DNA of 64,000 nt from Minisyncoccota bacterium (GCA_021734945.1 JAIPIA010000001.1:308415-372414); one strand, 5' to 3'; shown: positions 18,842 to 29,893, counted from the stretch's first letter. Made by a program: numbers and translations. The notes: generated by a model not told the origin, from the sequence alone.

Positions 18842-19681
18842 TTACTTACTATTTAAAATATTTTTACAGAAACTTCTTCTATGTTCATCCGACAAACCAA
18901 ACTTTTTCAATGCAAGCCTATGTTTAAGAGTTCCATACCCTTTGTGCACATCAAATTCATATACTGAATATTTAGTATTTTTTGATAACTTTTTCATACG
19001 AGCATCTCGATTAACTTTGGCATAGACTGAGGCAAGTGATATTACGAGCTCTTTTTCATCACCTTTTATAATAGTTTTTTGTGAACCTACAGGAAGTTCA
19101 GTTTTTAATCCCCCATCGAGTAAAACATTCAATTGTTCGAAAGATACTCTCAGCGCCGATAAAGACTCTTCTGAAGATACCTGTTCCACTTGTTTAGAAA
19201 TTTTTGATATTTTCTTTAAGTTTTTATTTACCAGGTCTTTTATACAAACAGCAATTCCCTTTTTATCAATTTCTTCTGCCGACGCACTACTTGTACATGC
19301 ATACAAAAATACTTCATTCACAAGTTTTTGAACTACTTTATACCAAAATTCTCGATCAGATTCTTTCATCTTTTTTGAATCAACTCCGATTGGGTATTCT
19401 TTTTTTACTCCTCCATTTAGCTCACCTGAAGTTCCCATCAATTTTTCTCGAAGATTTGCATAAGTTCGAGCAACACTACCATCAATTAAAAATGCAACAG
19501 CTCCCACAGTTACAGGCCCAGCAAGTGGACCACGACCAACTTCATCTATTCCAACCAACCATTTTTTGCATTCCATAAAATCTGCAGATTTTATGGAATT
19601 TACTACGCTTCCATCGGACTTTGAGAGCGTCTTGGATTTATCCCCAGTTTTGTGATTTTTGGTTTTTTTCATAAAAGTCAT
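18842..19681 (-). CDS. rnhB: Ribonuclease HII
   Basis: GIDEVGRGPLAGPV, DSKK, LLDG, KGDE..ISLASVYAKV.RD, HKGYGT, HRRSF. Confidence 0.95.
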   Translation of the reverse strand: MTFMKKTKNHKTGDKSKTLSKSDGSVVNSIKSADFMECKKWLVGIDEVGRGPLAGPVTVGAVAFLIDGSVARTYANLREKLMGTSGELNGGVKKEYPIGVDSKKMKESDREFWYKVVQKLVNEVFLYACTSSASAEEIDKKGIAVCIKDLVNKNLKKISKISKQVEQVSSEESLSALRVSFEQLNVLLDGGLKTELPVGSQKTIIKGDEKELVISLASVYAKVNRDARMKKLSKNTKYSVYEFDVHKGYGTLKHRLALKKFGLSDEHRRSFCKNILNSK

Positions 19682-19702
19682 AAAAAATGTATACTTAAGT
19701 AT

Positions 19703-22700
19703 ATGGCTTCACCTGATGCATCACAAGCGACCAAACCTGAATCTTACGGCCGATTCGTACACTTACACACACATAGTCACTATAGTCTTCTGCAAGCATT
19801 ACCTAAGACGAAAGCACTCGTAAAAGCTACTATTGAACGTGGTATGCCAGCACTTGCTCTAACAGATGCTGGAAACATGTATGGAACTATTGAGTTCTAC
19901 AAAGAGTGTCAGAAGCAAGGTATCAAACCTATTATCGGAGTGGATTTTTATGTTGCTGTTCGAACTCGTTTTGATAGAGAACCACGTATCGACAACAAAA
20001 GAAGTCGCCTTGTGATGCTAGCTAAAAATTCAGAAGGCTACAGAAACCTAATTAAACTAGTTACAGCATCAAGTATCGAAGGTTTTTACTATAAACCACG
20101 TATTGATAAGGAGCTTATCGAAAAGCACAAAGAAGGTCTTGTTGTGATTAGCCCATCTTTTAGTGGAGATATTGCATATGCACTCAAAGGAAACAATATT
20201 GAACATGCAAAAGAAATTGCTGCATTTTATAAAACACATTTTGGTGATGATTTTTATCTTGAAGTAACACATCATCCTGAGGTTGAAGATCATCAAGAAG
20301 CAATGATTAAAGTCGTGGAGTTTGCAAAAAATGAAGGTATAAAACTCGTTGCTGCTCATGACACGTACTATATTAAACCAACAGACAAAAAGGCACGCGA
20401 GACACTTGTTTCTGTACAAGACCAATTCGGGGCAAAGAGTCGTGAAGATAATGCTGACTTTTCTTTTATCACACAAGAGCAAGCTGAAGAATATTTCAAA
20501 AACTTTCCTATTAATTCTCAAAAAACAAATGATGGTGGACTACAAGGTTCTGGAGCTGAGATGAATCTTGAAGACGATGGATTCGATGACGGTGAAGACG
20601 ATAACTTTGATCCATTTACAGGAGAAGTTATTAACTCTGAAAAAGAAGTTGGTGGCGCTAAAAAGTTTAAAGAAGATCAAAAAGCAGCTGATGCACAAAA
20701 AATCATAGACGCACGAGGAGAAACTATAAACATTGAGTATGCGTTAGATTCATGTAAAGAGATTGTTGATAAATGTAATCTTGAAATCGCACTTGGTAAG
20801 TGGCTCTTCCCTGAATTTACAGTAGAGAGTGGACGTACTGCAGACGATGAACTCCGTGTACTTACATATGCAGGTCTTGAGCGACGAAAAGTAGAACTAA
20901 CAGATGAAGTAAAAACACGTATCGATTACGAACTTGATGTTATTAAAACAAAAGGTTATTCACCATACTTTCTTGTGGTAGCCGATCTTCTACACTACGC
21001 ACACAATAACGGTATTCTCACAAACATTCGAGGATCTGTAGCGGGCTCTATGGTTACGTATCTTACTGGTATTACAAACGTAAACGCTATTGATTATAAA
21101 CTCCCCTTCGAACGATTCTTGAACCCTGAGCGACCCTCTGCTCCCGATATCGATATGGACTTTGCCGATAACCGTCGAGATCAGATGATTCAATATTCTC
21201 GAGAAAAATACGGCGCTGACAAAGTGGCCCAGATTGGAACCTTCGGAACAATGATGGCCAAAGGTTCTATTCGTGACGTGGCACGAGCCATGGGTTTTCC
21301 ATATACACTTGGTGATCAAATTTCTAAACTTATTCCTATGGGCCAACAAGGTTTTGCAATGACAATCGAGCGTGCAATGAATGAAACTCCAGAATTTAAG
21401 GAATTATACGACACTAATCCAGACGTTCGAACGATAGTGGATATGGCAAAACAAATTGAAGGTTGTGCAAGACACATCTCTGTGCATGCCGCAGGTGTAG
21501 TAATTTCTCCAATTCCACTTACTGATATCGTGCCTCTCCAGCTCGATCCAAAAGCAACAGATGGTAACAATACAGGAAGAATTATTACCCAGTACGACAT
21601 GCGTTCTGTAGATGAAAACAACGCTGGACTTTTGAAATTCGACTTCTTGGGAATTAAAAACCTTTCTCAGCTTTCTGATGCTATAAATCTTGTAAAAATA
21701 ATTGAAGGCATCACGATTGACCTAGATGAAATTTCTCTTGAAGATAAAAAGACATTCGAAATGCTTGCACGTGGTGAGACTGAAGGTTTGTTCCAATTGA
21801 ACGGTTCTGGTATGACTCGTTTCTTGAAAGAATTGAAACCAACAACTATTCATGACATCAACGCCATGGTGGCTTTGTATCGACCTGGACCAATGGAAAC
21901 TATTCCAGAATATATTCGTCGAAAAAATGATGCATCGCTCATCAAATACGAAGATCCACGAATGGAAAAATATCTTAAGGAATCATACGGACTCATCGTA
22001 TATCAAGATGACTTGCTCTTTTCTGCTATTGAACTCGCTGGATATTCATGGCTTGAAGCCGACAAGTTCCGAAAAGCTGTAGGTAAAAAGAACCGAGAAG
22101 AAATGGCAGCACAGCGCGAAAAACTTACTGAGGGTATTATCAAAAAAGGCCAGACAAAGGCTTTTGCGGATAGACTTTGGAAGCTTTTCGAACCATTCCA
22201 AGCATACGGATTCAACAAAGCTCATGCCGCAAGTTATGGAAACTTGGCGTACAAGACTTCTTATATGAAGGCTAACTTCCCTGCTATATATATGGCGGCA
22301 GTCCTTACAGGTGCACATGGCGACACAGAAGAAATTTCTATTTACATCAATGAATGTAAGCGACTTGGTATTCCTGTACTTGCTCCAAACATTAATGAAA
22401 GTTTTGGTGACTTCACAGTTATTAAAGGTGAAAAAACTGGTGGAGGTATGGATGCTCAAGGTAATTTTATTCCAGAAGTTCAGCACGACAAGATTCGTTT
22501 CGGACTGTATAGTATTAAAAACTTTGGTGAAGGTATTGGTGATGCAATTATCGCGGAGCGAAAAAATAATGGACCATTCACAACTCTTGAAAATTTCCTC
22601 GATCGAGTGAAAGATAAAAATCTCAACAAAAAATCTCTTGAAGCACTCGTAAAAGCTGGAGCGATGGATGATTTTGGCAATCGATCAGTAATGCTCGCCA

Positions 22701-23626
22701 ACCTTCCTGATTTACTTGAATATAATAAAGAGCAACAGAAGCGACCTGATAACCAAACTTCCCTTTTTGGAATGTTTGATACGGCTCCAGCGGCAAGTGC
22801 TGGTGCAGATAGTGGCAGTAACGGTGGCAATAATAGCGGAAATAATGACGCTGGCAACAATGGAAGCAACGGCACAAATTCAAAAGCAGTGAAAATTGGT
22901 GGATATGGTGAACATCTCAAACTTCGTACTGACAATATTGAAGGAGGGCTAGCTACACAATCACAAATGCTTGCGTGGGAAAAAGAATTACTCGGTCTCT
23001 ACATCACCGGTCACCCACTCGATAAGTATCGGGAAATTCTGGATAAACGAGATATTAATATTGAAAAATTGAAAAAAGTTATTGAAGCTGATGCAGAAGA
23101 ATTTGCTGCAAAGGTTGCCAAAGAAGCAGACGCAAAATCTGCGCTAGAATCAATGGACCGTCAGAAACGTGAATTTGAAGAAGCAAATGGTATTGTAAGT
23201 GATATTGTGAGTGGTTTGGATGGTTCTACTGATGGTGGCGACAAGAAGGACGTCAAAGATGAGAAAAAAGATACTAAGAATACAAAATCAGGAGGAGGCA
23301 ATTCTGGAGAACCTAAAAAACGTTTCAATAAAGAGGAATGGAAAAAGCAGATGCAAGCAAATCAACCAAAGGAACGCCAAGTTGTAGTTGCTGGTATTAT
23401 CGAGGAAGCTAAAGAAATTGCCACAAAGAAAGATCCTACTATCCGTATGATGTTTTTGAGACTTGCAGACTTTACAGGTTCTATTGAGGTCGTAGTATTT
23501 CCAAAAACCTATGAACAATTCAAATCAGTCCTAGTTCCTGAAGCATGCGTCGCAATCAAAGCAAAGACTTCAAGTCGAAATGGTACGCCGAGTTTGATTA
23601 TAGATACCGTGAAGGTGTTGAATTAA
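19703..23626 (+). CDS. dnaE: DNA polymerase III alpha subunit
   Basis: PHP domain HLHTHSHYSLL, RGSVAGS, PDIDMDF, HAAGVVI, KFDFLG, YGFNKAH; several low-complexity insertions. Confidence 0.97.
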   Translation: MASPDASQATKPESYGRFVHLHTHSHYSLLQALPKTKALVKATIERGMPALALTDAGNMYGTIEFYKECQKQGIKPIIGVDFYVAVRTRFDREPRIDNKRSRLVMLAKNSEGYRNLIKLVTASSIEGFYYKPRIDKELIEKHKEGLVVISPSFSGDIAYALKGNNIEHAKEIAAFYKTHFGDDFYLEVTHHPEVEDHQEAMIKVVEFAKNEGIKLVAAHDTYYIKPTDKKARETLVSVQDQFGAKSREDNADFSFITQEQAEEYFKNFPINSQKTNDGGLQGSGAEMNLEDDGFDDGEDDNFDPFTGEVINSEKEVGGAKKFKEDQKAADAQKIIDARGETINIEYALDSCKEIVDKCNLEIALGKWLFPEFTVESGRTADDELRVLTYAGLERRKVELTDEVKTRIDYELDVIKTKGYSPYFLVVADLLHYAHNNGILTNIRGSVAGSMVTYLTGITNVNAIDYKLPFERFLNPERPSAPDIDMDFADNRRDQMIQYSREKYGADKVAQIGTFGTMMAKGSIRDVARAMGFPYTLGDQISKLIPMGQQGFAMTIERAMNETPEFKELYDTNPDVRTIVDMAKQIEGCARHISVHAAGVVISPIPLTDIVPLQLDPKATDGNNTGRIITQYDMRSVDENNAGLLKFDFLGIKNLSQLSDAINLVKIIEGITIDLDEISLEDKKTFEMLARGETEGLFQLNGSGMTRFLKELKPTTIHDINAMVALYRPGPMETIPEYIRRKNDASLIKYEDPRMEKYLKESYGLIVYQDDLLFSAIELAGYSWLEADKFRKAVGKKNREEMAAQREKLTEGIIKKGQTKAFADRLWKLFEPFQAYGFNKAHAASYGNLAYKTSYMKANFPAIYMAAVLTGAHGDTEEISIYINECKRLGIPVLAPNINESFGDFTVIKGEKTGGGMDAQGNFIPEVQHDKIRFGLYSIKNFGEGIGDAIIAERKNNGPFTTLENFLDRVKDKNLNKKSLEALVKAGAMDDFGNRSVMLANLPDLLEYNKEQQKRPDNQTSLFGMFDTAPAASAGADSGSNGGNNSGNNDAGNNGSNGTNSKAVKIGGYGEHLKLRTDNIEGGLATQSQMLAWEKELLGLYITGHPLDKYREILDKRDINIEKLKKVIEADAEEFAAKVAKEADAKSALESMDRQKREFEEANGIVSDIVSGLDGSTDGGDKKDVKDEKKDTKNTKSGGGNSGEPKKRFNKEEWKKQMQANQPKERQVVVAGIIEEAKEIATKKDPTIRMMFLRLADFTGSIEVVVFPKTYEQFKSVLVPEACVAIKAKTSSRNGTPSLIIDTVKVLN

Positions 23627-23651
23627 GATCAGCCTTAAACTGAAAATTTAA

Positions 23652-23918
23652 TTAATCGAGAATATCTTCAAGCGGCATTGCTTTAAATTTGTATTTATTA
23701 ATGTCTTTTCTAGACCGGCTAATCACTTCTTCAAGATAAGGGTTCATATCGTCGTCAGCCGTGAACTTCACCTCACGTGTCCGTATGAGCTGCCTTAGAA
23801 AAGCATTGATAACACCACTCAATGTTAATCCCATATTATCTATAATCATCTGAGCTTCCCTTTTGACTCTTGCGTCAGCCTTAATGTGAATCATTGTTGT
23901 CTTTATAGTTGGTCTCAT
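23652..23918 (-). CDS. RelB/DinJ-family antitoxin without adjacent toxin
   Basis: TMIHIKAD..VKREAQ.I...MGLTLSGVINAFLRQL..TREVKF ribbon-helix-helix pattern. Confidence 0.85.
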   Translation of the reverse strand: MRPTIKTTMIHIKADARVKREAQMIIDNMGLTLSGVINAFLRQLIRTREVKFTADDDMNPYLEEVISRSRKDINKYKFKAMPLEDILD

Positions 23919-23992
23919 ATTTAATATTTAGTCTTGAAGTTAGTTTTAAATTTGATTAAATATGTTTTTAAATATCTTTTGCATATATCAAA

Positions 23993-24116
23993 TATCCAAC
24001 GTGTATCCCTTTTATACTGTTTATGTATCCATAGTGTATCTATTGGATACTTGATACATATACATCAATACTCATTACCTTGATACACATAACTTGATAC
24101 ACACAACTTGATACAC
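23993..24116. repeat. Phased TATCC array, inverted GATAC units and three CTTGATACAC repeats (14-bp period)
   Basis: TATCC/T at 23993, 24004, 24026 and 24037; CTTGATACAC at 24079, 24093 and 24107. Confidence 0.8.
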
Positions 24117-24299
24117 CCGCATCAATTTAATTTTATTTCCATTTTCAGCCAAATATAGTCAATCAAATACGACTCATTCACTCCTAGCCACAACTATAGA
24201 AACATACCAGATCAACATGAAATAGACATAAATTAAATATAAAAAACCTAGCCAATTCATACGCACAAATCTCAAAATATGTGCTAAAATGCCCGTATT

Positions 24300-26138
24300 A
24301 TGAAAAAAGAAACAGACGCGTCTAACGACGCCGTGCACGCTTCAAATAGCGCACAATCAATAGAACATATCAGACACTCGCTAGCTCATCTTCTTGCAAC
24401 CGCAACGGTGAGTTTATATCCTGATACGCTTCTTACGATTGGACCAGCTGTTGAAAACGGTTTCTACTATGACATGGACTTTACTGCCCCACTCAAGGAT
24501 GCAGACCTTCCAGTTATCGAACAGAAAATGCGAGATATTCTCAAAGATTGGACTATTTCAAGTAAAAAAGGCGTAGCACCTGATGCTTGTCATTTCTTAC
24601 ACAAAGAGGTTTCAGTAGACGAAGCACGAGCTTTGTTTGCAAACAACCCATACAAACTTGAACTTATCGAGGAAATTAATGCTAAAGGTGAAAAGATAAC
24701 ACTCTATACAGTAGGTTCTGGAACAGAGTATGAGTTCACAGATCTTTGCCGTGGTGGACATGCTGATGATATGAGTACAATTGATCAAAATTCATTTGCA
24801 CTCACTCGTCTTGCAGGTGCTTATTGGCGAGGTGACGAAAAAAACAAAATGCTCACACGAGTATATGGACTTGCTTTCCAGACTAAAGATGAACTCAAAG
24901 CGTATCAAACGCTCATGGAAGAAGCACGAAAGCGTGATCACCGAATTCTTGGAGAAAAACTCAATCTATTTTGCTTTGATGAATCAATAGGTAAAGGACT
25001 TCCATTATGGCTACCTAAAGGAAATATTGTCAAGGAACAACTAGAAGAATGGGCAAAAGATACTGAAAAGAAATGGGGCTACCAGAGAGTTACAACTCCT
25101 ATTATTACAAAGGAAAACTTATTCTATACATCTGGGCACTTACCTCTTTATAAAGAAAGTATGTATGCTCCTATTCAGATAGAGGATGAGAATTACTACA
25201 TTAAGCCGATGAACTGTCCGTTCCATCACAAGATTTTCTCCGCAAGAATGCGAAGTTACAAAGAGCTTCCTCTCCGTGTTGCTGAATACGGTTGGTGTCA
25301 TAGATATGAAGATTCAGGTAGTCTTTTTGGACTTATGCGAGTGCGAGGAATGCAAATGAACGATGCACATATATATGTTCAGAAAGAAAAGGCTGTTGAA
25401 GAATTTGTTCAAGTCATCAAACTTCATGAGTATTATTATAAAACTCTTGGTATCAAAAACTATGAAATGGAACTCGCTCTCCGCGACCCAAGCAAGATGG
25501 ATAAGTATCATGGAAACGAGGAAGACTGGAAAGACGCTGAACGAATGACAATAGAAGCTATGGAGCAATCCGGGGTGCCTTACAAAGTAGTCCAAGAAGG
25601 AGCTGCTTTTTATGGACCAAAAATGGATTTCCAGATTTTCTCTTCAATAGGACGAGCATTTACAGCATCTACAAACCAACTTGACCTCTACATGGGTAAA
25701 GCATTCGAACTTGAATATGTAGATAATGATGGTGTAAAAAAGACTCCAGCAGTTATTCACAGAGCCCCTCTTGGTACACACGAGCGATTCATTGGTTTTC
25801 TTATTGAGCACTTTGGTGGAGCTTTCCCAGTATGGCTCTCACCTGTTCAGGTAAAGATTGTACCTATCGGCGAACGTCAAATGGAATATGCAACAATTCT
25901 AAACCAAACTCTCCTCGATGCAGACATTCGTGTGGAACTCGATTCATCAAATGATGGATTAGGTAAAAAAATCAGAAGTGCAAAACAGGAAATGATTCCT
26001 TACGTTCTAGTTATTGGAGATAAAGAAATTGAAACAAACACAGTTACTGTTGAAAGCCGAACTGGAAATGAAGGTGCTGTAACTATTGAAGATTTCATAG
26101 GGCGAATTACGTCTGAAATAAAAAACCGAAGTTTGTAA
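24300..26138 (+). CDS. thrS: Threonine--tRNA ligase
   Basis: RHSLAHLL, DLCRGGH, GAYWRG, RDHR, KPMNCPFH, FYGPK, IHRAPLGTHERF. Confidence 0.97.
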   Translation: MKKETDASNDAVHASNSAQSIEHIRHSLAHLLATATVSLYPDTLLTIGPAVENGFYYDMDFTAPLKDADLPVIEQKMRDILKDWTISSKKGVAPDACHFLHKEVSVDEARALFANNPYKLELIEEINAKGEKITLYTVGSGTEYEFTDLCRGGHADDMSTIDQNSFALTRLAGAYWRGDEKNKMLTRVYGLAFQTKDELKAYQTLMEEARKRDHRILGEKLNLFCFDESIGKGLPLWLPKGNIVKEQLEEWAKDTEKKWGYQRVTTPIITKENLFYTSGHLPLYKESMYAPIQIEDENYYIKPMNCPFHHKIFSARMRSYKELPLRVAEYGWCHRYEDSGSLFGLMRVRGMQMNDAHIYVQKEKAVEEFVQVIKLHEYYYKTLGIKNYEMELALRDPSKMDKYHGNEEDWKDAERMTIEAMEQSGVPYKVVQEGAAFYGPKMDFQIFSSIGRAFTASTNQLDLYMGKAFELEYVDNDGVKKTPAVIHRAPLGTHERFIGFLIEHFGGAFPVWLSPVQVKIVPIGERQMEYATILNQTLLDADIRVELDSSNDGLGKKIRSAKQEMIPYVLVIGDKEIETNTVTVESRTGNEGAVTIEDFIGRITSEIKNRSL

Positions 26139-26150
26139 TTTAAACAAAAG

Positions 26151-26188
26151 AAGGGCCCAGCTGCGCACATTGCGCAGCTGGGCTTTTT
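26151..26188. terminator. Intrinsic terminator after thrS
   Basis: GCCCAGCTGCGCA-CAT-TGCGCAGCTGGGC-TTTTT. Confidence 0.85.
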
Positions 26189-26217
26189 CGATCTTTTTTT
26201 TACCAGTTTCAACTACG

Positions 26218-26754
26218 TCAGAACCTACTGTCCGGGTCATATTGATCAAAAGCCCTGATTGACACGCGATGACGGAGGCATTCTGCCCGCCACCTCCAGA
26301 ACTTATCCGGAGGGAGTTTTGTCAAATTCCCAGCCGTGTCAACGACCCAGAATAGGCCATTAGGATGCTCTGCAGTACGCCGAGTATCCAACCTGGCGTT
26401 ATAGCCCTCGCGAGGTATTGGCGGCGTCACATGTTTTGACTGAGACCTAATAGGTCTCTGGCTAACTTGCGGTGCATTGACCGTTGCCAAAGATGTTCTC
26501 GGCTTCGGCTGAACACTCCTTTGAACCTGAGGCTGCTGGGCTGCAACTGGTTGCGGGTAGCTGTACGTAGGCGCTGGATTGGGCGCCGGGTACTGGTTGT
26601 AGTACAAGATCTCTGGAGGAACCCTATATAGACGTCCATCAAGACCTTTGTAAACACCGACCTGACATGACGTCAAGCAAAGAGCAAGCGCGCACATGAT
26701 AAGGGTTGTACGACCCGCCAGAAATGATGGCGCATTGGAAGCTGTGTGCTTCAT
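26218..26754 (-). CDS. Orphan predicted lipoprotein, P/Q-rich
   Basis: Hydrophobic signal ending in LTSC lipobox; AGGAGG upstream; higher GC than neighbours. Confidence 0.65.
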   Translation of the reverse strand: MKHTASNAPSFLAGRTTLIMCALALCLTSCQVGVYKGLDGRLYRVPPEILYYNQYPAPNPAPTYSYPQPVAAQQPQVQRSVQPKPRTSLATVNAPQVSQRPIRSQSKHVTPPIPREGYNARLDTRRTAEHPNGLFWVVDTAGNLTKLPPDKFWRWRAECLRHRVSIRAFDQYDPDSRF

Positions 26755-27044
26755 AACTTTCTATCCTCCTAATATACTGCGTGGTTTTACATCAGGGGCG
26801 ATCAGCCCTAGCGACAATTACAATCAACTGTTTTGCTCATCTGTTAGGACGAACTCATTTGAAAGGTGGCTCTACTAACGTTTTTGGAATGCAGTTAATT
26901 CCGAGCTGATTATGTACTATACGGTAAGTATTGTCAATATTGATATTATATTGTACAGTTTAAAAACGCGAATGGAACAAGCCTTGCTTTGGAAAAAGGT
27001 TGAAAACGTTTCTACTCGCAAACCTGTACACTTACTTAGAACAA

Positions 27045-27170
27045 ATGAAAAAAGCACCTACACAGACTTGGATTAACGCCAAGCGATACCGAGGATTGAT
27101 GGTACTTTTTGGAGCAGGAGTAATCCTATGGCTTCAAAATGTCTATGATTTCCTTGGGTGGATTTGGTAA
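27045..27170 (+). CDS. Possible 41-aa single-TM peptide; not in the ORF track
   Basis: MKKAPTQTWINAKRYRGLMVLFGAGVILWLQNVYDFLGWIW, with a hairpin spanning the stop codon. Confidence 0.4.
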   Translation: MKKAPTQTWINAKRYRGLMVLFGAGVILWLQNVYDFLGWIW

Positions 27171-27453
27171 CCAATCCCCACCCTGACGCAACCACGTTGG
27201 CACACAAGACAATCTTTCTTGCTTCAAAATCAAACTTGAGCAAAAAAGACCTTATGTGCCAGCTTTTTTATTTAAAAGGCTCTCAAAACTTTATATCGCG
27301 CGTAGATATAAAATCTTTGCCAAAAGGGCTAAAATGTTGTATCTTATGGATAAGCGCCTTCAAATCTCGCTTTATTTTTATCTTTTTTGATAGAATCTTG
27401 AACTCCTAGATTTTCTACACAAATTTTCTATACAAAACTCACAATCCCCAACT

Positions 27454-29064
27454 ATGTCAAAAAACCCATCAAAATCACATACAGAAGAAAAAGCATCAAA
27501 AGTGACAAACGAGTCACGGCCTCCTGTTGTGGTTGTGATGGGACATGTTGACCACGGAAAATCGACTCTCCTTGATTATGTTCGAAAAACAAACATTGTA
27601 GACCGAGAAGTAGGAGGCATTACTCAAAGAATGTCTGCCTACGAAGTTATTCACAAAGCAACAAATTCAGACGGTAAAAAAGAAGATAAACACATTACTT
27701 TTCTTGATACTCCAGGACATGAGTCTTTTACAGCTATTCGTTCACGAGGAGCAAATGCAGCTGATATAGCAATCCTTATTGTATCTGCCGAAGACGGTGT
27801 TAAACCACAGACACTTGATGCATACAAAGAGATTAAAGCAGCAGCTCTCCCATATTTAGTTGGTATTAGTAAAGTCGATAAACCAAATGCAAACATAGAT
27901 CGAGTTAAACTCAGTCTGGCTGAAAATGAAATCTACGTAGAAGGTTATGGTGGAACTATTCCATTTGTACCTTTTTCTGGAAAAACTGGTCAGGGTATCG
28001 ACGACCTTCTCGACATGATTCTTCTTACAGCAGAAGTTGAAGATTTCAGTGCTCAAAAAAATGTGCCAGCAGAGTGCCTTGTAATTGAATCAAATAGAGA
28101 CAAAGTGCGAGGGACTACCGCTACACTTATAGTTAAAAACGGTACACTCAAGTCTGGTTCATTCCTAGTAGCAGGAAAAGCTATGTCCCCTGTTCGAATT
28201 ATGGAAAATTTTGCAGGAAAGGCCATCAAAGAAGCAATTCCATCAATGCCAGTACGAATCGTCGGTTGGGATTCTGAACCAGAAGTTGGTGGTATGTGTT
28301 TCTCATTTTCATCCAAAAAAGAAGCCGAAAAATACATTGAGGAAGAAAATGAAAAAGCTTCCAACCAAAAAGATAAGTCTAATCTACCAAGTGGACACTC
28401 AGCATCATTTGGACAAAATATCGGCGTAGGAATGAATGCTGCTACAAGTGAGAGTGAGACAAGCACTGTTCCACTCATTATTAAAGCAGATACGTCTGGA
28501 TCAATTGAAGCCATCAAGTATGAAATTTCAAAATTAAAAATCGACCGAGTCAATCTTCGAATAGTTCAATCTGGAATCGGTGACATAGGTGAACACGAGA
28601 TCAAATCAGCCATTGGTATTCCTGGGACAATTATTATAGGTTTCACTGTAAAAGTAGATGGAGCCACAAAACGATTTGCAGATCAAAACAAGATAATAAT
28701 TCATACGTTCGATATTATTTACAAAATGACGGAATGGCTTGAAGCAGAAGCAAAAGAACGTGCTCCAAAGATTGAAATCGAGGAGCAAAAAGGTGTTGCT
28801 AAGATTCTCAAATTCTTTAGTTCTGTGCGTGACAAACAAGTGATTGGCGCTCGAGTAGAATCTGGTGTAATTTCATTTAATGATGAAATTCGAATCATGA
28901 GACGAGAAAACGAAATCGCACGAGGTCGAGTGCGTGAACTTCAGCAGATGAAGTCTAAAGTGGGCTCTGTCGATGAAGGAAAGGAATTTGGAGCATTACT
29001 CGAATCAAAGATAGAAATCGCTCCTGGTGACAAAATAGAGGCATTTCACACGGTTATAAAGTAG
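27454..29064 (+). CDS. infB: Translation initiation factor IF-2 (short form, no N-terminal domain)
   Basis: RPPVVVVMGHVDHGKSTLLD, GGITQ, DTPGHESF, IIKADTSGS. Confidence 0.97.
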   Translation: MSKNPSKSHTEEKASKVTNESRPPVVVVMGHVDHGKSTLLDYVRKTNIVDREVGGITQRMSAYEVIHKATNSDGKKEDKHITFLDTPGHESFTAIRSRGANAADIAILIVSAEDGVKPQTLDAYKEIKAAALPYLVGISKVDKPNANIDRVKLSLAENEIYVEGYGGTIPFVPFSGKTGQGIDDLLDMILLTAEVEDFSAQKNVPAECLVIESNRDKVRGTTATLIVKNGTLKSGSFLVAGKAMSPVRIMENFAGKAIKEAIPSMPVRIVGWDSEPEVGGMCFSFSSKKEAEKYIEEENEKASNQKDKSNLPSGHSASFGQNIGVGMNAATSESETSTVPLIIKADTSGSIEAIKYEISKLKIDRVNLRIVQSGIGDIGEHEIKSAIGIPGTIIIGFTVKVDGATKRFADQNKIIIHTFDIIYKMTEWLEAEAKERAPKIEIEEQKGVAKILKFFSSVRDKQVIGARVESGVISFNDEIRIMRRENEIARGRVRELQQMKSKVGSVDEGKEFGALLESKIEIAPGDKIEAFHTVIK

Positions 29065-29125
29065 AAAACAAAGAATAAGTATCGCACCATAGAAAACGGT
29101 CACGCGATGCGATTTCGCAAATCAA

Positions 29126-29461
29126 ATGGCAACAACAGCACGTACAAACCCATATCGAGACCAACGAACTGAAGACCTCATCAAAGAGATGGCTGGCAAG
29201 TTTTTATCTATCGAATCAAACCGTACTTCCCTCGTAACGGTTACAAATATTAACCTTTACAATAGAGGAAAAAACGTCACTATCTTTTTTACCGTTCTCC
29301 CTGAGGATAAAGAAAAGGCTGTGGCAGATTTTACAAAGCGAAAACGAGGAGATTTTCGAGAATACATGAAAGGTCACTCACGACTCCCTATTATCCCCTT
29401 TGTAGATTTCGAACTCGACTTTGGTGAAAAAAATCGACAAAACGTAGACAGATTGATATAG
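29126..29461 (+). CDS. rbfA: Ribosome-binding factor A
   Basis: Directly after infB; LVTVT...IP.VDFELD pattern. Confidence 0.85.
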   Translation: MATTARTNPYRDQRTEDLIKEMAGKFLSIESNRTSLVTVTNINLYNRGKNVTIFFTVLPEDKEKAVADFTKRKRGDFREYMKGHSRLPIIPFVDFELDFGEKNRQNVDRLI

Positions 29462-29530
29462 TACTAGGACTAGTTATTGACCGTAAATAACTAGGTGAAC
29501 CAAAAACAAAGCAATAGAAGATAGAGACAA

Positions 29531-29604
29531 GACGCAGTGGCGAAGCTGGTCAACGCGACAGTCTGCAAAACTGTTATGCGCCGGTTCGAGCCCGGCCTGC
29601 GTCT
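29531..29604 (+). tRNA. tRNA-Cys (GCA)
   Basis: ACAGT-CTGCAAA-ACTGT anticodon arm, U discriminator. Confidence 0.93.
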
Positions 29605-29893
29605 CAAAAATAAGCTAATTTAGTGAGATAAATTTTGTTGGTTAATTTGACGGGCAAATTTGATGGATGAATTAATGAGGGGCGTTTAATATATCTGAGG
29701 CGCGGAACTTATACACAAGTTTCTTATTTGGAACAGAATTATGCACGGTTATAATTCGGGAAAATAACCGCACAAGTCCTATTGAGAAGTATCTACTACA
29801 CCAATTGTCTTTGCTTGGGAAGAAAGAAAGTAATCGCTATTTCATGTTTACTAGACACCAAGAAAATGGTAAATTACAGTTCTGTTAGATAAT

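Noticed and set aside
19703..23626. Intein in DnaE (also checked GyrA)
   Set aside because: The insertions are low-complexity and lack C/S...HN splice junctions or LAGLIDADG motifs.
10268..24116. CRISPR array or oriC at the TATCC/GATAC repeats
   Set aside because: Units are 5-10 bp without unique spacers, no cas genes are present, and they do not match the DnaA box TTATCCACA.
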